A stretch of 63,526 bases of DNA, the filler included, from Intoshia linei (lineage: Eukaryota; Animalia; Orthonectida): NCBI GenBank assembly GCA_001642005.1. It is 5 parts of 5 records of this genome, joined end to end, with 100 filler letters (N's around TTAATTAATTAA, not from the genome) between each part and the next. Parts side by side here need not be neighbours in the genome. Positions count along the whole stretch, not along the records: positions 1 to 16,581 come from LWCA01000853.1; positions 16,682 to 38,523 come from LWCA01000622.1; 3 more parts are not named here. One strand, 5' to 3'. The notes beneath the pieces were generated by a model. That model had not been told where the DNA came from, did no database searches, and saw only the letters and a program-made list of their open reading frames with translations. The translations under genes and the position numbers were made by a program. The first letter of the stretch is position 1. Every line of letters starts with the position of its first letter. This document shows positions 13,789 through 26,600 of this stretch, in pieces.

Positions 13789-14565
13789 ATTAAATATAAA
13801 AATAAAACATTTGATTTCAAGAGATATTATATAGCAGTGTTTCTTAGACTGAGGTCCACGGACTCCAATGGTCTTTATAGTTTTCCAGGGTCCACGAAAT
13901 ATTTTATATGAATTACGAAAAATTCAGAGAATTTAAAACAATGTAATTCTGTTATAGTTTTTTTTGTTTTATATAAAGTAAAAATATCAACTTTAGAAAT
14001 TTGCATCTTCCAGGTCAAAAACCCATAATATCAACCAAAATTTCAAATTAAATTAAAAATGAAAACTATGAATTGTAGATATCGATATTAGATAAACAAA
14101 CACACTTATATTTTAAACTATATTCTAAAGGATAAAATTACCTAAAAATTAAATAATAAATTTTTTTTTGTGTATGTTTAACTCGAAATAACTATATAAG
14201 CTTAATATTAGCTTTTTAAATTCTAGGACTTAGCTTTTTTATTTTTTTCTATATAATTTGTAATTTATGGTTTTGATTGTTCATGATTTTAGAAACTGCC
14301 CCAGAATTCATGAATTTTCAAATGATAGAATTTAATTTTATTTACATTAAAATAATTAATTAATTTATTGTACAGAAATCGACCTTAGAGGTTGTTAAAC
14401 TTGTTTATGTAACGCACAATTTGATGAACGATAAAAATTAATTTATAAACCAAATTTATTTGACTCTATACTAGTTGAAACACACAAATCCCATGAAATG
14501 AGACAAAAATTGGTAGTTTGATAGTTTATTTTTATATCAAATGAAATACATGTATTTACAAAATA

Positions 14566-15490
14566 TTATGCAGTCATTTTTATAATATATTGATGATATT
14601 CTTCAAATTCTTTCAGCGTTATCGTGCTCAGTTTTCTATTAAAAAATATTTGGTATAATACAGTCAATTGATATTTATAGTGACTACATAAATCTGGCGA
14701 ATTTTGAGATTCATCTAAAATGTATAGTTATTTATAAATGTTATGAATATAGACTAACCTCTAATGATACCTCCTTTAGTTGGACCAAAAAAACAGTCAA
14801 TTAAAATAAATATTAGATATTTTTTTACAACCAAATGAGGGCAATCAAAACGTTGCAATCCAATGTAAAGATTATTTTTCGCAGGGGTTCCCTCTTTTTT
14901 TACGGCAGACCAGTAATAAATTATAAAATGTATCGCGGACCATTAAACCGATTTTATTAGGCAACCTTAAAAAAAATTTAATCAAAAACGTAATAAATTG
15001 ACTTGTAATTAGTAAAAATTATTTCGCGGACCGGCATTTGAGAAACGCTGATTAATAGGATATATACAGACTTTTTGGCATAAATTTTTTTGAAACGTAA
15101 ACAAAAATTAATATACATGTAAATGATTACCTGATGAGATGGGTGATGTACAATTTGGTGAACATTTTAATATAGCATGAATTAGTTTAATTGAAAAATT
15201 GAGCAAAAAGATGCTTCTATTATTGGTATCTTTGTAGAACCCAGCAATATAAACATGTTTCAATTTTTCATTTTTCTGAGTACTTTTCCATATTTTGCCA
15301 CTTAATTGCTCTGATATTAATTTCAAATTGTTCAAACTTAAATGAATCTGCACAATCTAATAATTAATATACATCAAATAAAATACTGTAATACATCAAT
15401 TTTTTTGATCCAACACCATAAAATTTGAAAAAGAAGAGATGCATTCGTTTCACTTTGTATAATACACATTCCATATTCATTAACATTTTT
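14566..15490 (-). CDS. Putative multi-exon hypothetical protein (5' end uncertain)
   Basis: AG/GT-bounded open segments (...NEYGMCIIQSETNASLLFKFYGVGSKK, IVQIHLSLNNLKLISEQLSGKIWK...CSPNCTSPISS, KLSTITLKEFEEYHQYIIKMTA*) separated by short intron-like AT runs. No family recognised. Confidence 0.4.
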
Positions 15491-15853
15491 CTAAAAAATA
15501 TTCAAAAACTACAATATCATTTAAAATTTAATGAAAATTTTCAAATAAAACATAAATACATTATTCCTTAGTTGTGTAAAAATTTTTCATTTTAAAATTG
15601 TAGAATGCTAAAAACTGGGAAGATAAAAATTTCTGAGATAAAAAATAAATTAAATTTATCTTACTTTCTCAATCAAAAAAAACTGATTTGAATTTTGTGT
15701 TTTTTAAATTTTTAAAACAGTTATTATAGAAATAAACAGTAAATCACTTATAAATAGACATTAAATTTTATATAACTCTAGTAAATTTCTGTCTGGTTGT
15801 CTGTAACCTGTTATTTAAGAAAGTAAGAGGCTTAGAGTTTTAAAAACATTATA

Positions 15854-16581
15854 TCCTTAATTATATAATATGCTGTTGGTGTATGTGTGTTATTGTTTAT
15901 TTCAATAACTACCAGTCTTAAAATTTTATAAAGTCCACATTTTTATTACAGTTTTTTTCGGGGTGTTAGTAAGATAAATTTCAACCTCCCAAACTCAAAT
16001 CTTACGGGTCAAAAAGCCCAATTGTTCTTTTTTTGAAAATCAAACGAGTTCAAGAAATTAAAAAATATACACTCTGATACAGATTTTAAAATCATAAATA
16101 TTATGATAAATTTAAATTTAAAAAAAATATATCTTCAGGACCTTAGCCATGAATTACCCTTTTTTTATGAAACATCCCTAGAATTTAAAAAAATTTTACA
16201 GGTGGTACAGTTGTATCCTGGTAACACACATAAAAAATTTCAATCCGAATAAGTGACGACTTCACGGTCAAAAAAGCATTTAATTCATATATTTTTTTCT
16301 CCAGAATATTTTATTATAACAACAAATGTGAAATAATTAACTGTCCGAAAATTAAAAAAAAATTCTTCTGATAGAGCTTATCCAGTTGATATAAATACAA
16401 AATTTCAACCCCAAAAATTTACGCATTCCCGGTGAATAATAATTTTTAATATATTATCAACCAATATTTTCTAATATAAAAATTCGATTAAAATTGAAAT
16501 TGAAATTGTAAATATTCATCCTACAAATTCAAAAAAAATGTGCATTGAACGTCTACACATTTCCAATAAATAAATATGGGT
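15854..16581 (+). mobile_element. Helitron copy, 5' part, ending at an assembly gap
   Basis: Starts A|TCCTTAATTATATAATATGC like the 57549 copy and shares internal sequence. Confidence 0.75.
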
Positions 16582-16681
16582 NNNNNNNNNNNNNNNNNNN
16601 NNNNNNNNNNNNNNNNNNNNNNNNNTTAATTAATTAANNNNNNNNNNNNNNNNNNNNNNNNNNNNNNNNNNNNNNNNNNNN
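16582..16681. other. Assembly gap with TTAATTAATTAA spacer
   Basis: 100 nt of N with a central six-frame-stop linker. Confidence 0.97.
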
Positions 16682-16959
16682 TTTAATTTCGAATATAAAA
16701 TAGAAAAATAACATTTTAAATATTTTTATGATGAAAAAATTTAAAGGCAATGTGTTTAAGTAAAATTTAATGGTTAATAAGTATAATATATTTACATTAT
16801 ATGGTGGAGGATTGAAAGAAATATTTATTTATTCAAGGTATTCATTTTCGTAATTAAAAATAAAATTATAAAAAATAATTGAATGTTAATAAAACGAGAC
16901 GCATTGCAGTTACCTATACTTAATTTGGTGTTAAAATTATAAAACATATTTAATTAAAT

Positions 16960-17330
16960 TTAATTTAAACGCTGGAAGTTGATGAAATTCGCCAATTGGT
17001 TCAATCCTTTCCGTCAAGTTTAACTGAAGTTGTAGTAAATAAAGGTGGGAATCTACTTAATTATTAGAAATTAAAAAGTTATATTTAGAAATTGTTTTTT
17101 TAGCATTTATACATACACATTTCACATAGTTATGACGAATTTTTTTAGTCATGAAAATTTTAATTGCTAATTATTTTCTTAATTGATAGATTATTTTTTA
17201 TAAATTATTGCATAGAACATTTATGACATCAAGACAGTCATATATTGCATAAATAACCTATATTGCAACTCAAAAATACCATTATACGAAGAAATTCACT
17301 TTTTTCACATAGTTTTGGGGATGAGTTTAC
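16960..17330 (+). mobile_element. Tc1-like 3' remnant
   Basis: EIRQLVQSFPSSLTEVVVNKGG resembles the Tc1 C-terminus (LV.SMP.R...V...KGG.T.Y). TIR-like cacatagttttggggatgag near 17305-17325. Confidence 0.45.
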
Positions 17331-17352
17331 AATTAATATCTAATTATTATAG

Positions 17353-17826
17353 TAATAGACAATGCTCCGTGTCATTCACACATTGAAGATATCTTGTCTG
17401 AACAAGAATTTTTGGAGCATTATATATTACGGTATATAAATAATTGAATGCTATATAATATTTTTTAAGATTGGCCCCCTACAGCCCAATGCTAAACCCA
17501 ATAGAAAAGGAGTGGTCAGTGATTAATTCTAAAGTAAAACGACAGTTATCAAGTAATATTGGGTTTCATGTAATAACTATATATTTATATCAGTTAGAAT
17601 GCCACAAATCTTAGTCGCTGACAGGGAAAATATAAGTATTATGAATTTTAGGTATGAATTATATGAGAATATATTGAAATAGCTTAATTATTAACAGACT
17701 CCAAACATTGAAAATCTTGATAACTGAATCTATTGACTACATAACCCACAGTTGTGCATCAACTGTATATCTGGCATTCAACCTAAATATATTGATGCAA
17801 TAAACAAGATTGATATGCAATTTTGA
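17353..17826 (+). pseudogene. IS630/Tc1-mariner (DDE_3) transposase 3' half, DD35E spacing, three introns, one frameshift
   Basis: Spliced IDNAPCHSHIEDILSEQEFLEHYILR|LAPYSPMLNPIEKEWSVINSKVKRQL...; GT-AG micro-introns; frameshift near 17747. Confidence 0.75.
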
Positions 17827-18399
17827 GGTAATTTTAGTTAATTAATAATTTCAAATAATTTTTAGGGTGAATCAATTTATCTAAATCAAGCAATCATATT
17901 TTTGTAAATTAAATAATTATAACTAATATAAAACTACTTTAGTAAAAAATGGATATAACATTTAAACAAAATTATTCGAAAAAGAATTTGAAACGTTTAT
18001 TAAGAAATAGTTAGAAAAAAGGGATTTTTAGAAATGACTCAATACTGACGTAAAAAATAGAAATTTTTGCCCATATAATACTGATTGTAATTTTAATTAA
18101 TTGTAGCGAAGTTTCTGTTTATATTTACGTAAGGGTTTAAGGAACAAACCCACATTATCACATTGAATTTAACTGTTATTACTTTGAAAGTAATTGTTAT
18201 CACATTGACAATCGTTATTCCGTTTTGAATTTAGCTATTATCACATCGGTTGTAATGATTATCATATCGATAGGGAAATGGTATAGTCCGAGCCAACTGT
18301 TGGCTCACCACGACTCCGATACGGTACAGTCCAATCTAAGCTATAAAAATTGAGAAATATATTGAAACTACATTAGATGATCCACGCAACAATAAATAT

Positions 18400-18918
18400 T
18401 TAATCTTTCATATAAACAATATAATCATTAGCATAATTATAGTAACAATACATCCAGCCAATGGTTGATTCCAAAATGATGGTTTTAATAATTAGAATTG
18501 ATGTACTTGATTCATAGTTAAAAACGTTTTGATAATAATAAAAAAATGTATGACTAATAAAGGCTGAGAATAACAGTCGATATTTATTGTAATATCGTTT
18601 TTCAAAGTCTTTATGTTCTAATGAATATATAAAAGATGAAATAAAAATAGGTAAAATTATTTGACAGAAAATAATTTCATTTAAATAAAAAATTATGTCA
18701 AATCCATCATAATTTTTCATTGTTATTCTTGCACAAACGGAACGTAAAATTGGTCGTATTGTTAATGAATATAACGGAAGTACTAGTAGATGCATAAATA
18801 TCATATTTTCGATGTAAATTTTATAATCAGGTGTTATTCTATATATTGATATTCCAAGAATAGTCGGTCCATGCATTTTGTTGTAATCTTGTTGCATATT
18901 ACAGTTAATCATTATCAT
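18400..18918 (-). CDS. Intronless 172-aa orphan, probable multi-pass membrane protein
   Basis: A long ORF for such AT-rich DNA, with 3-4 hydrophobic segments. No family recognised. Confidence 0.5.
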   Translation of the reverse strand: MIMINCNMQQDYNKMHGPTILGISIYRITPDYKIYIENMIFMHLLVLPLYSLTIRPILRSVCARITMKNYDGFDIIFYLNEIIFCQIILPIFISSFIYSLEHKDFEKRYYNKYRLLFSAFISHTFFYYYQNVFNYESSTSILIIKTIILESTIGWMYCYYNYANDYIVYMKD

Positions 18919-20162
18919 ATATTCACAAATACAAATTAATTTAACTAGGTTTATTACATTCCTTATTTCAAATTTTTATTTTATGAAATTTTTTGATTTA
19001 ATATTGTTTTCATTAATGGAATATTTCCAATGTTCACATTATATTTTTCTAATGTTTATTTTATTGTACAAGTTTGATTTGATTGAATTTTAATTTTAAA
19101 GAAATAAACGAAAAAATGATAAACACTCCCATAATAATTTAAATATCTGATATCTTCTCAAACATACAGAACAATTTAGAATACAGAACAAGCTAGATTT
19201 ATTTAAGAGTAAAATTTTAATGATTAAATAGATTCACACAATAGAATCACACTAAAACGTTGAACCCTAATTATCACATTATAATATTGAGAATCTTTTG
19301 TATTTTGGAAATTTTTGTTTGAATCAGTCGATTATTAGACGTCAATGAGTTGACATCATATTGCTATTGTGAATTAAATATCAAATAAATATAAAATGTT
19401 TATTAATAATGTTGTTTATTTGTACATGTTATAATTTCTGTATGAGTTATATGTGATCAACGGCATTACGTGAGAAAAATGTTATATGTTACACAAAAAA
19501 CGTGTATATAAATCAGTTTTAAGTGTCATGCCCCACTTTTATAACTACGAAATTTCTACGCCCACCATAATTCGTAACACATATTTCTATGTAGCGCCCT
19601 AACAGAATTTTTTATGTTCATATATTACTGCGCAACCAACTGGGGCAAAAAGTTATATTAAAATTTAATATACCTAAATATAACACACAATCAACCGAAT
19701 TAATTTGTGATTTTTGAGTTTGGATTTAATATTTTTAGTCTATTAAAAATATGCAAATTTACCAAAGTTTAGTCAATCTTGTTCAAAATTATCATTGATG
19801 TAACCAGGGTTTCCAACTGCGTTATTTTCCCCCTGATAATTCGGGTTTTCGAATTCAACTCAGCGCTCAGGGTAATTTAATTATTTCAATCAAATCATCA
19901 GATCAGACATATTTCATTTATATTCTATAATTTTTTTCTCCATGGTGAAAGCCTCTTAATGTTAGCAGTTAATTTTATTCCATTATTTAGTGACACTCAT
20001 ATTTTTTAAAAAAAAAGACCCCTCAAAGTAAAAGAAGGCCTCAAAAAAAATTTTCGCTTCACTATACGTGTATGTCGCTTCAGACAAATTTTGAGCTTCG
20101 CTCAAAAATTCAGGTTGAGAATAACTTAACCTGGTAAAGTTTGCCACTATGTTTTAATGGTA

Positions 20163-20334
20163 CAGTGATATCTCGATATAGTCACGTTCGATTACTTCAA
20201 TTTTAGTTTGTTTGGAGTTAAATGTAAAGCCAAAATTACATATCTATGATTGCAAAAAATATTTTTGGCTTAAAATTGTTTTTAAAAAAACTAAAATTTA
20301 AGTAATCGAACGTGACTATATCGAGATATCACTG
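20163..20334. mobile_element. pogo/Tigger-like MITE
   Basis: Near-perfect TIR CAGTGATATCTCGATATAGTCACGTTCGATTACTT, flanked by TA on both sides. Confidence 0.88.
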
Positions 20335-20645
20335 TAGTTATCTTAACTTATATAATATGCTACGCGATTCTTGTTTGTGTGTGTGTCCTACTTTATTGAA
20401 ATAACTACCAATCTTAAAATTTAAACTGTACATTAATACTATTAACCACTTTGGATTCACACTGAATCCTAGTCTTTTGTCTGTATTGATTGACCATTAG
20501 TTTAAAGCAATTATATAAAAAATGTAATGTACTGCAACAAGTAATTTATGTTTGTACACGATACACATGTATTTAGTTCAATGATATCACTTTTATATCA
20601 ACAAATAGTACAATTACACTAATTATTAGTGCAAAATATGATAAA

Positions 20646-23600
20646 ATGTCAACTGATGAAATAGAATTTTGTAGACTCAAAAATATCACTCCACTTGTAG
20701 TTTATATTAATATTTAATTAAGAATTATTAATTTCTATGAATACAGACAACTAAAAAATTGATATAATTCATAACTTATGAATCATAAGGCTTTGTTAAT
20801 ATTGTATAGAAACTGTTACATTGTACTTGATAATTTATTTAACACATAAGTTATACATATTATTGACAATATTTATTTTTTGATGCATTTTACTATAAAT
20901 TTATTAACCTATTTACTCAATATATTTTTTCTCGTTTACACTAACTTTATAATTAAATAAACCAAATTTGAAATTGTAGTGTCCATTGGAATAAAATAAT
21001 TAACAGAAAATAATTATTTCGTGTCATCTGTTAACTTGAGAAAATTTAAAAAGTGCAATAGAATCAATGTGAGCTGTTATGGTATATTTTTTTATTTTTA
21101 ATAGATCAAAATAATGTTTAACGGATTAGGGTTAATATGTAATTATAGACAAGAATTTATATACTTTTAATGAACATTATAATTATACATTGTATATATT
21201 TTTTTAAATTAAATTTTTATAGGACTCTATCACCAGCTGGAAATGCGATGAATATTTTAACAAGAGGGAATGTTGTCGTTATGAACCAAATGTGAAATCC
21301 TTAAATCAAATTCCAAATTTTGATACAGCGTAAATTTTACATGACTCTTATTTACCATGTTTATTGATTCATTGATACGTTTTAATTTTTTATAGGTTAA
21401 TGACATTTATAAATTGGGGAAATTAAATATAATTCAATTGTCTACTATTTTTTGGTCTTATAAGACTGTTTAGGTAAGTTTCTTATTTAAATATATTGAC
21501 CTATTTTTATACGAGTTTCAAAAAATATATTCCAATTCACTGGGGAATAACGCATTTTAGATATAAATGTACACCAGTTTAGATTCAGCTTTCCTATTTT
21601 TATAACTTCCGTTTTATGACGAGTCATGACTCATGACTTATCTGTATGTATATTATTTCATTATGAAGAGAGATTTGTAAATAAATTCACAGTATTAACA
21701 AATTATTTTGGAATAAATCTCAACTATCATCTCAGTAGACAGAAGGGTTAATTGAAATTTTTAATTGAATTATATATCAGCCTAGGCTGACTGTTATGTA
21801 CTACGTACAAACAGCACATAGCTCTGCCGAGGGCACATTTTTATTCTACAAAAAACATAAATTCATGTTGAAAATCTAACTTAAAAATCCTACTATTCAC
21901 TATTATTAATACTTTAAAGGAGTGGTTTCCAAATTTGTTTCAGGTGGAACCGTCATATCACATTACTTTTTACTTTAAAGTGAATTATTCCATTTTAATT
22001 TTGAAAAAAGAAGGGTAATTTGGGGTTTTGGGCCTGAAGATATAATTTTTTTAAATTTAAATTTATGATAATGTTTATGATTTTAAAATCCGTATCAGCG
22101 TATATATTTTTTTAAATTCTCGAACTCGTTTGATTTTCAAAAAAAAGACAATTGGGATATATATTTTTTTAAATTCTCCAACTCGTTTGATTTTCAAAAA
22201 GAGGGACAATTTTTTAAATTCTCCAATTCGTTTGATTTTCAAAAAGAAGACAATTGGGGTTTTTGACCCGTAAAATGTTCGTTTGGGAGGTTGAAATTTA
22301 TCTTATTATATGTCCCGGAAAAAACTGTAATTGAAATATGGAATTTATAAAATTCTAAGACTGGTAGTTATTTCAATAAAGTGGAACACACACACAAACA
22401 AATATTGCGTAGTATATTATATAAGTAAGGATTTTATGGCCTCAGAGGGTTTCGGGTACTGTAGGTCCACTTATACAATAATGTATTATAATAAAAAAAA
22501 ATTTTAATTTTTATTATTATCTTTTTCACTTCAAAAATTTCATCTTGCCAACTCATTACTTGATCGAATATCTCGTTGACTAGCTTATGACGCCATTGGA
22601 ATGCATTGAGATGAGAAATTTTGATTTATTTGAGAAAATGGGTTTTTGGTGAAGTACTGTATAATCAAAAGAAGAAATGATTTTATAAATGAGTTATTCA
22701 GATTTATTGATGTCAAAGTTGAACTCTGCCCTAAATATATGAAATTTTTATTATCTTGATTGGTACCTTTAAAAATACAACTTTATTTAAATAAAGTATT
22801 TACATAGATGCATTTGTGGAAAAGCTAGAAATAAACACAAAGATAAACACGATTTAAGGCAAAAGAGAAATTATTCTTGGCACCCAAAACATGATACAAT
22901 ATTAGAGCCAACCGATGCATTCGGATGTATTGAATATAATGATGGAATAAGGCAAAAAAAATCAAATGTAATTTTATCATATTCAATTAAAGTTAATATC
23001 ATATTATTCTTTTAGCGTTTACTAACTTTTTTATTTTTGGAAAGTGAAAGTGTACTAATAAAATATTAATATTAATATTAAATATGCAAAATAATTATTA
23101 ATAATAATATTTATTTTCCATTGAGCGTTAAAATCTGGTAACTTAAGTTAAGGTTTAATTTAAGCATGTCTGTTATTAAATGTTTACGAATCGTTACAGA
23201 TTTCTGGCCGTATGGAGAATCAGCGAATAGAATGAAATTTCAACTTAATTGGTCATTTTAAAAAATTGTAAATCAGTTTCTGTTTGATAAATAAACTTAA
23301 ATTTAACGAAATAGATTCATTAAATTGAAATAATACTTTTATACACAATATTTATAAAAAAATTTAATTTACAAGTACATTTCAATTATTATTGCGGATA
23401 CAATTGAGTTATATATTCTATGGTTGATGCTGCCTGTCTAGTAGACCCACATCTTGGCAGAATTCTATGACGGCATCATTGTCCAAGGTTAAGTTTTACA
23501 GGTTAGCCATATTGAACAAATTTAAATTCTATCTCATCGTACACTAAAATCTTTATAGGATTTTAAAATGTAAATGCGATTCCTAGAACATTTTAAGCCT

Positions 23601-26600
23601 CGCCCTACATCACAATAAAATGTTTGTTCCAGTAAAAACAATGAATATTTCTATAGAATATTTCTAATTTTTTTGTAATATGGTATGTTAATATTTCAGT
23701 TTTAACTTGGGTCTGTTGATCTACGATCAAATATTATCATATATTAAAATTAATATTAACTACGATTATAAAATACGATCTTTTGATTTACGATCAAAAA
23801 ACTACGATCATGTGATTTTACGATCATTTGAACGGACACGGTGTTTTATATCTTCTGTCAATAAATATTACCGTAGTTACCGATGCGAAGATTGCGATCT
23901 GCATAAATTTTGTTAAGACTGTTACTGAATAATTGTTATTGATGAAAATTTCTAATTTGTACTACGAACGGTTCGACAGAATTGTAATACATAGATGGAT
24001 ATCTATTTAAATAAGTATATTGAAATGGAAACTCTATAGACAATTCAGAATATCTTTTATACGGTTCCATTATTATTGTATGATACAAGTCAATGAATTC
24101 GTCTCAATTCACTCAGTTCCAATGTCTGATCATTGTCCATACAAGGTATATTAGATGAGTTTTAGGTTAATTTACTCTATTATACTAAAAATGGCGCTTT
24201 TTGAGATTAATGTCCGCTAGTTAGAATACGTGTTTACAGCGATGAAAAATTTAATCAGACAATTACGTTTAGCAATCAAATTTTTTTTAACGTTTTGTTT
24301 CAATTTTATATACTATGGAGGTATCGTAGGTGTAAATTCAATAAAGTGACATCAATATCATAATTTCTACTTTTTTTTTGTTTTGTAGATTATTATATTC
24401 TACATTATTTGTTTATTAGTACGTCAGAATGGATTATGATACAAAAGCAGAGAAGATAGTTCATTTTATGCAAAATGTATGGAATCTTGATTTACCTAAT
24501 GCAATAATATCTATTCACGGCGGAATATCTGAATTCAGTTTAAACCCTCGATTAGTTCGTGTTGTGAATCAAGGTTTAGTTAATCTTGCAAAAACGACCG
24601 GCATATGGATTTTCACTACTGGAACAAATACCGGCATGAATTTTTAAAATTTATTATTTTACATTGTTATTTAATACATATGATTTTAATTCAATTTTAA
24701 TAGGGGTTGTTCATTATGTTAGTGAAGTGTTAAAGGACAATTTGCACCAAGTTAATTCTAATGTATTGACGTTTGGAATTGCACCTTGGGGTGTCCTGTC
24801 GAATAAAGAACTACTTATCGGACAAAATGTAATATTTTATTTAATTTTAATCCATAATATTCATCAATTTCTGTAAAAACCGAAAACTTTCCTATAATTA
24901 TTTTCGAATTTAAAAACTAAGAAAAATAAAATCTGTCCATTTATGAAGATTTTTAGTTAACATTCTTTGGTGGTTAAATTTTAGAGGGATTTGATACAAT
25001 TATATACAATTTAAATGTTTTTCTAGAAAAGAGTTCGCTATTTTTCTAAATGTATACATCCCAATGATGCGCGTTTACTGAATCAAAACTATTCTTATTA
25101 TTTATTGGCTGACGACGGTACATCTGGTACTTATGGTGCTGAAATTGGACTAAGAATGAACCTAGAAAAATACATTACTTGTCAAAAGATTACTAAGCGT
25201 ATATGATTAATTTATTTCGCTTACTAAAATTTTAGATTACGAAGTGGGAATGATCAGTCCGATACCTGTTGTATGCTTATTGATAGAAGGTATTATTTAT
25301 CATATAGTTTAATTGGTGGGTGGTAGAAATTACAATTTTTGAACACTAACCTGGCACAACACTATTTGTAGTATAGTATCAAAAGAATCTTAGAGATATC
25401 ATACTGTTAAAAGGGTAAGGGTGTCTCATCAATATTGGTTAGATTTGGAAGATAATACTATTACCCTGAAATACAGTATTGTAAAGTCATGCCATGGAAA
25501 TTTACTTTAAAGCGATAGACCTATGTTGTCAGTCCCTGATATAACTAAATATACATTAACGAAAATATGTCTTTATATTTCTCAAGTATCTCTGTATAGG
25601 CGGAATAAGGTGTATAGACATAATTGTTAACTATATATCAAGTGAACCTCGAATACCTGTTATACTTATCGAAGACAGTAACAGAGCTGCTGATTTAATT
25701 GCCTTCGTGGTTGGATCTGGTGTGGACTATTGGTAATTATTAGTTACTAATAAAAATGGCTGTGCTTAGGTCGAACTGGACCCATATTTAAAATATAAAT
25801 AATGAAAGTTTTTTAGTCACGTAAATAGCGAATTTGAAATAATTATAATGCAAAAAATTATTGAAACTTTTCAGTTGACAGAAAATCATCATGAAAAGAT
25901 TATAATAATATATGAACAATTGCTGTGTTGTATGAAAAACAGAAATTTGGTAATCATATCTAATAATATATCATGGTTTATTTGATTGACTGTAATGTAG
26001 GGTTGTTTTAGATTTCTGAAATTTGATTTTATATAGTATAACCATTAAAATATTTGTAAAAACAGATTTGTATTTAAAAATTAGATCAAAGTTTATAAAT
26101 TTGAAGAATTTGAAAAAATGGACGTTGAAATATTGGAAGAGTGCTTAAGAGGTGTGTTTATTTACATTTACGGTAACCCTTATGCCTCGAAAGTACTCAG
26201 ATATGAGTGATATGCGAACTCAAAACTATTCTGAGTAGTGGGCGTGACGAATACATTTATTATTTATATTCATATGCATTAACCACTTACAATTTTAAGT
26301 TTTTCAAGTTAAGATCAATTGTATGCCAAAAAAAATATAGTGTACATTGTAAATTTCAATTATTTTCATTTAAACGTGGATCATAGTCTGTATGGGATAA
26401 TCGAAAGTAAATTTTTATATATGATTCAAAATATATTTAGCAACTACAAGTAGTCCAATAGAAGTGATAAATACAATTTTATCATGGAATAGACACGATA
26501 TTGCTAGACGATATTTATTTTCTAAACCTCATGATTGGCCAGTAATTTCTTTATATACATTATGTATTTGTATGAAACGATAAACGTAATTTATGTACAA

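Noticed and set aside
16582-16681. TTAATTAATTAA palindrome repeated four times within N runs (also at 38524, 48201 and 58899)
   Set aside because: Artificial six-frame-stop scaffold spacer, not biology. Adjacency across these gaps is unverified.
25399-25426. Loose resemblance to miR-8/miR-200
   Set aside because: Needs several gaps and mismatches and lies on the wrong arm; kept only as a generic hairpin.
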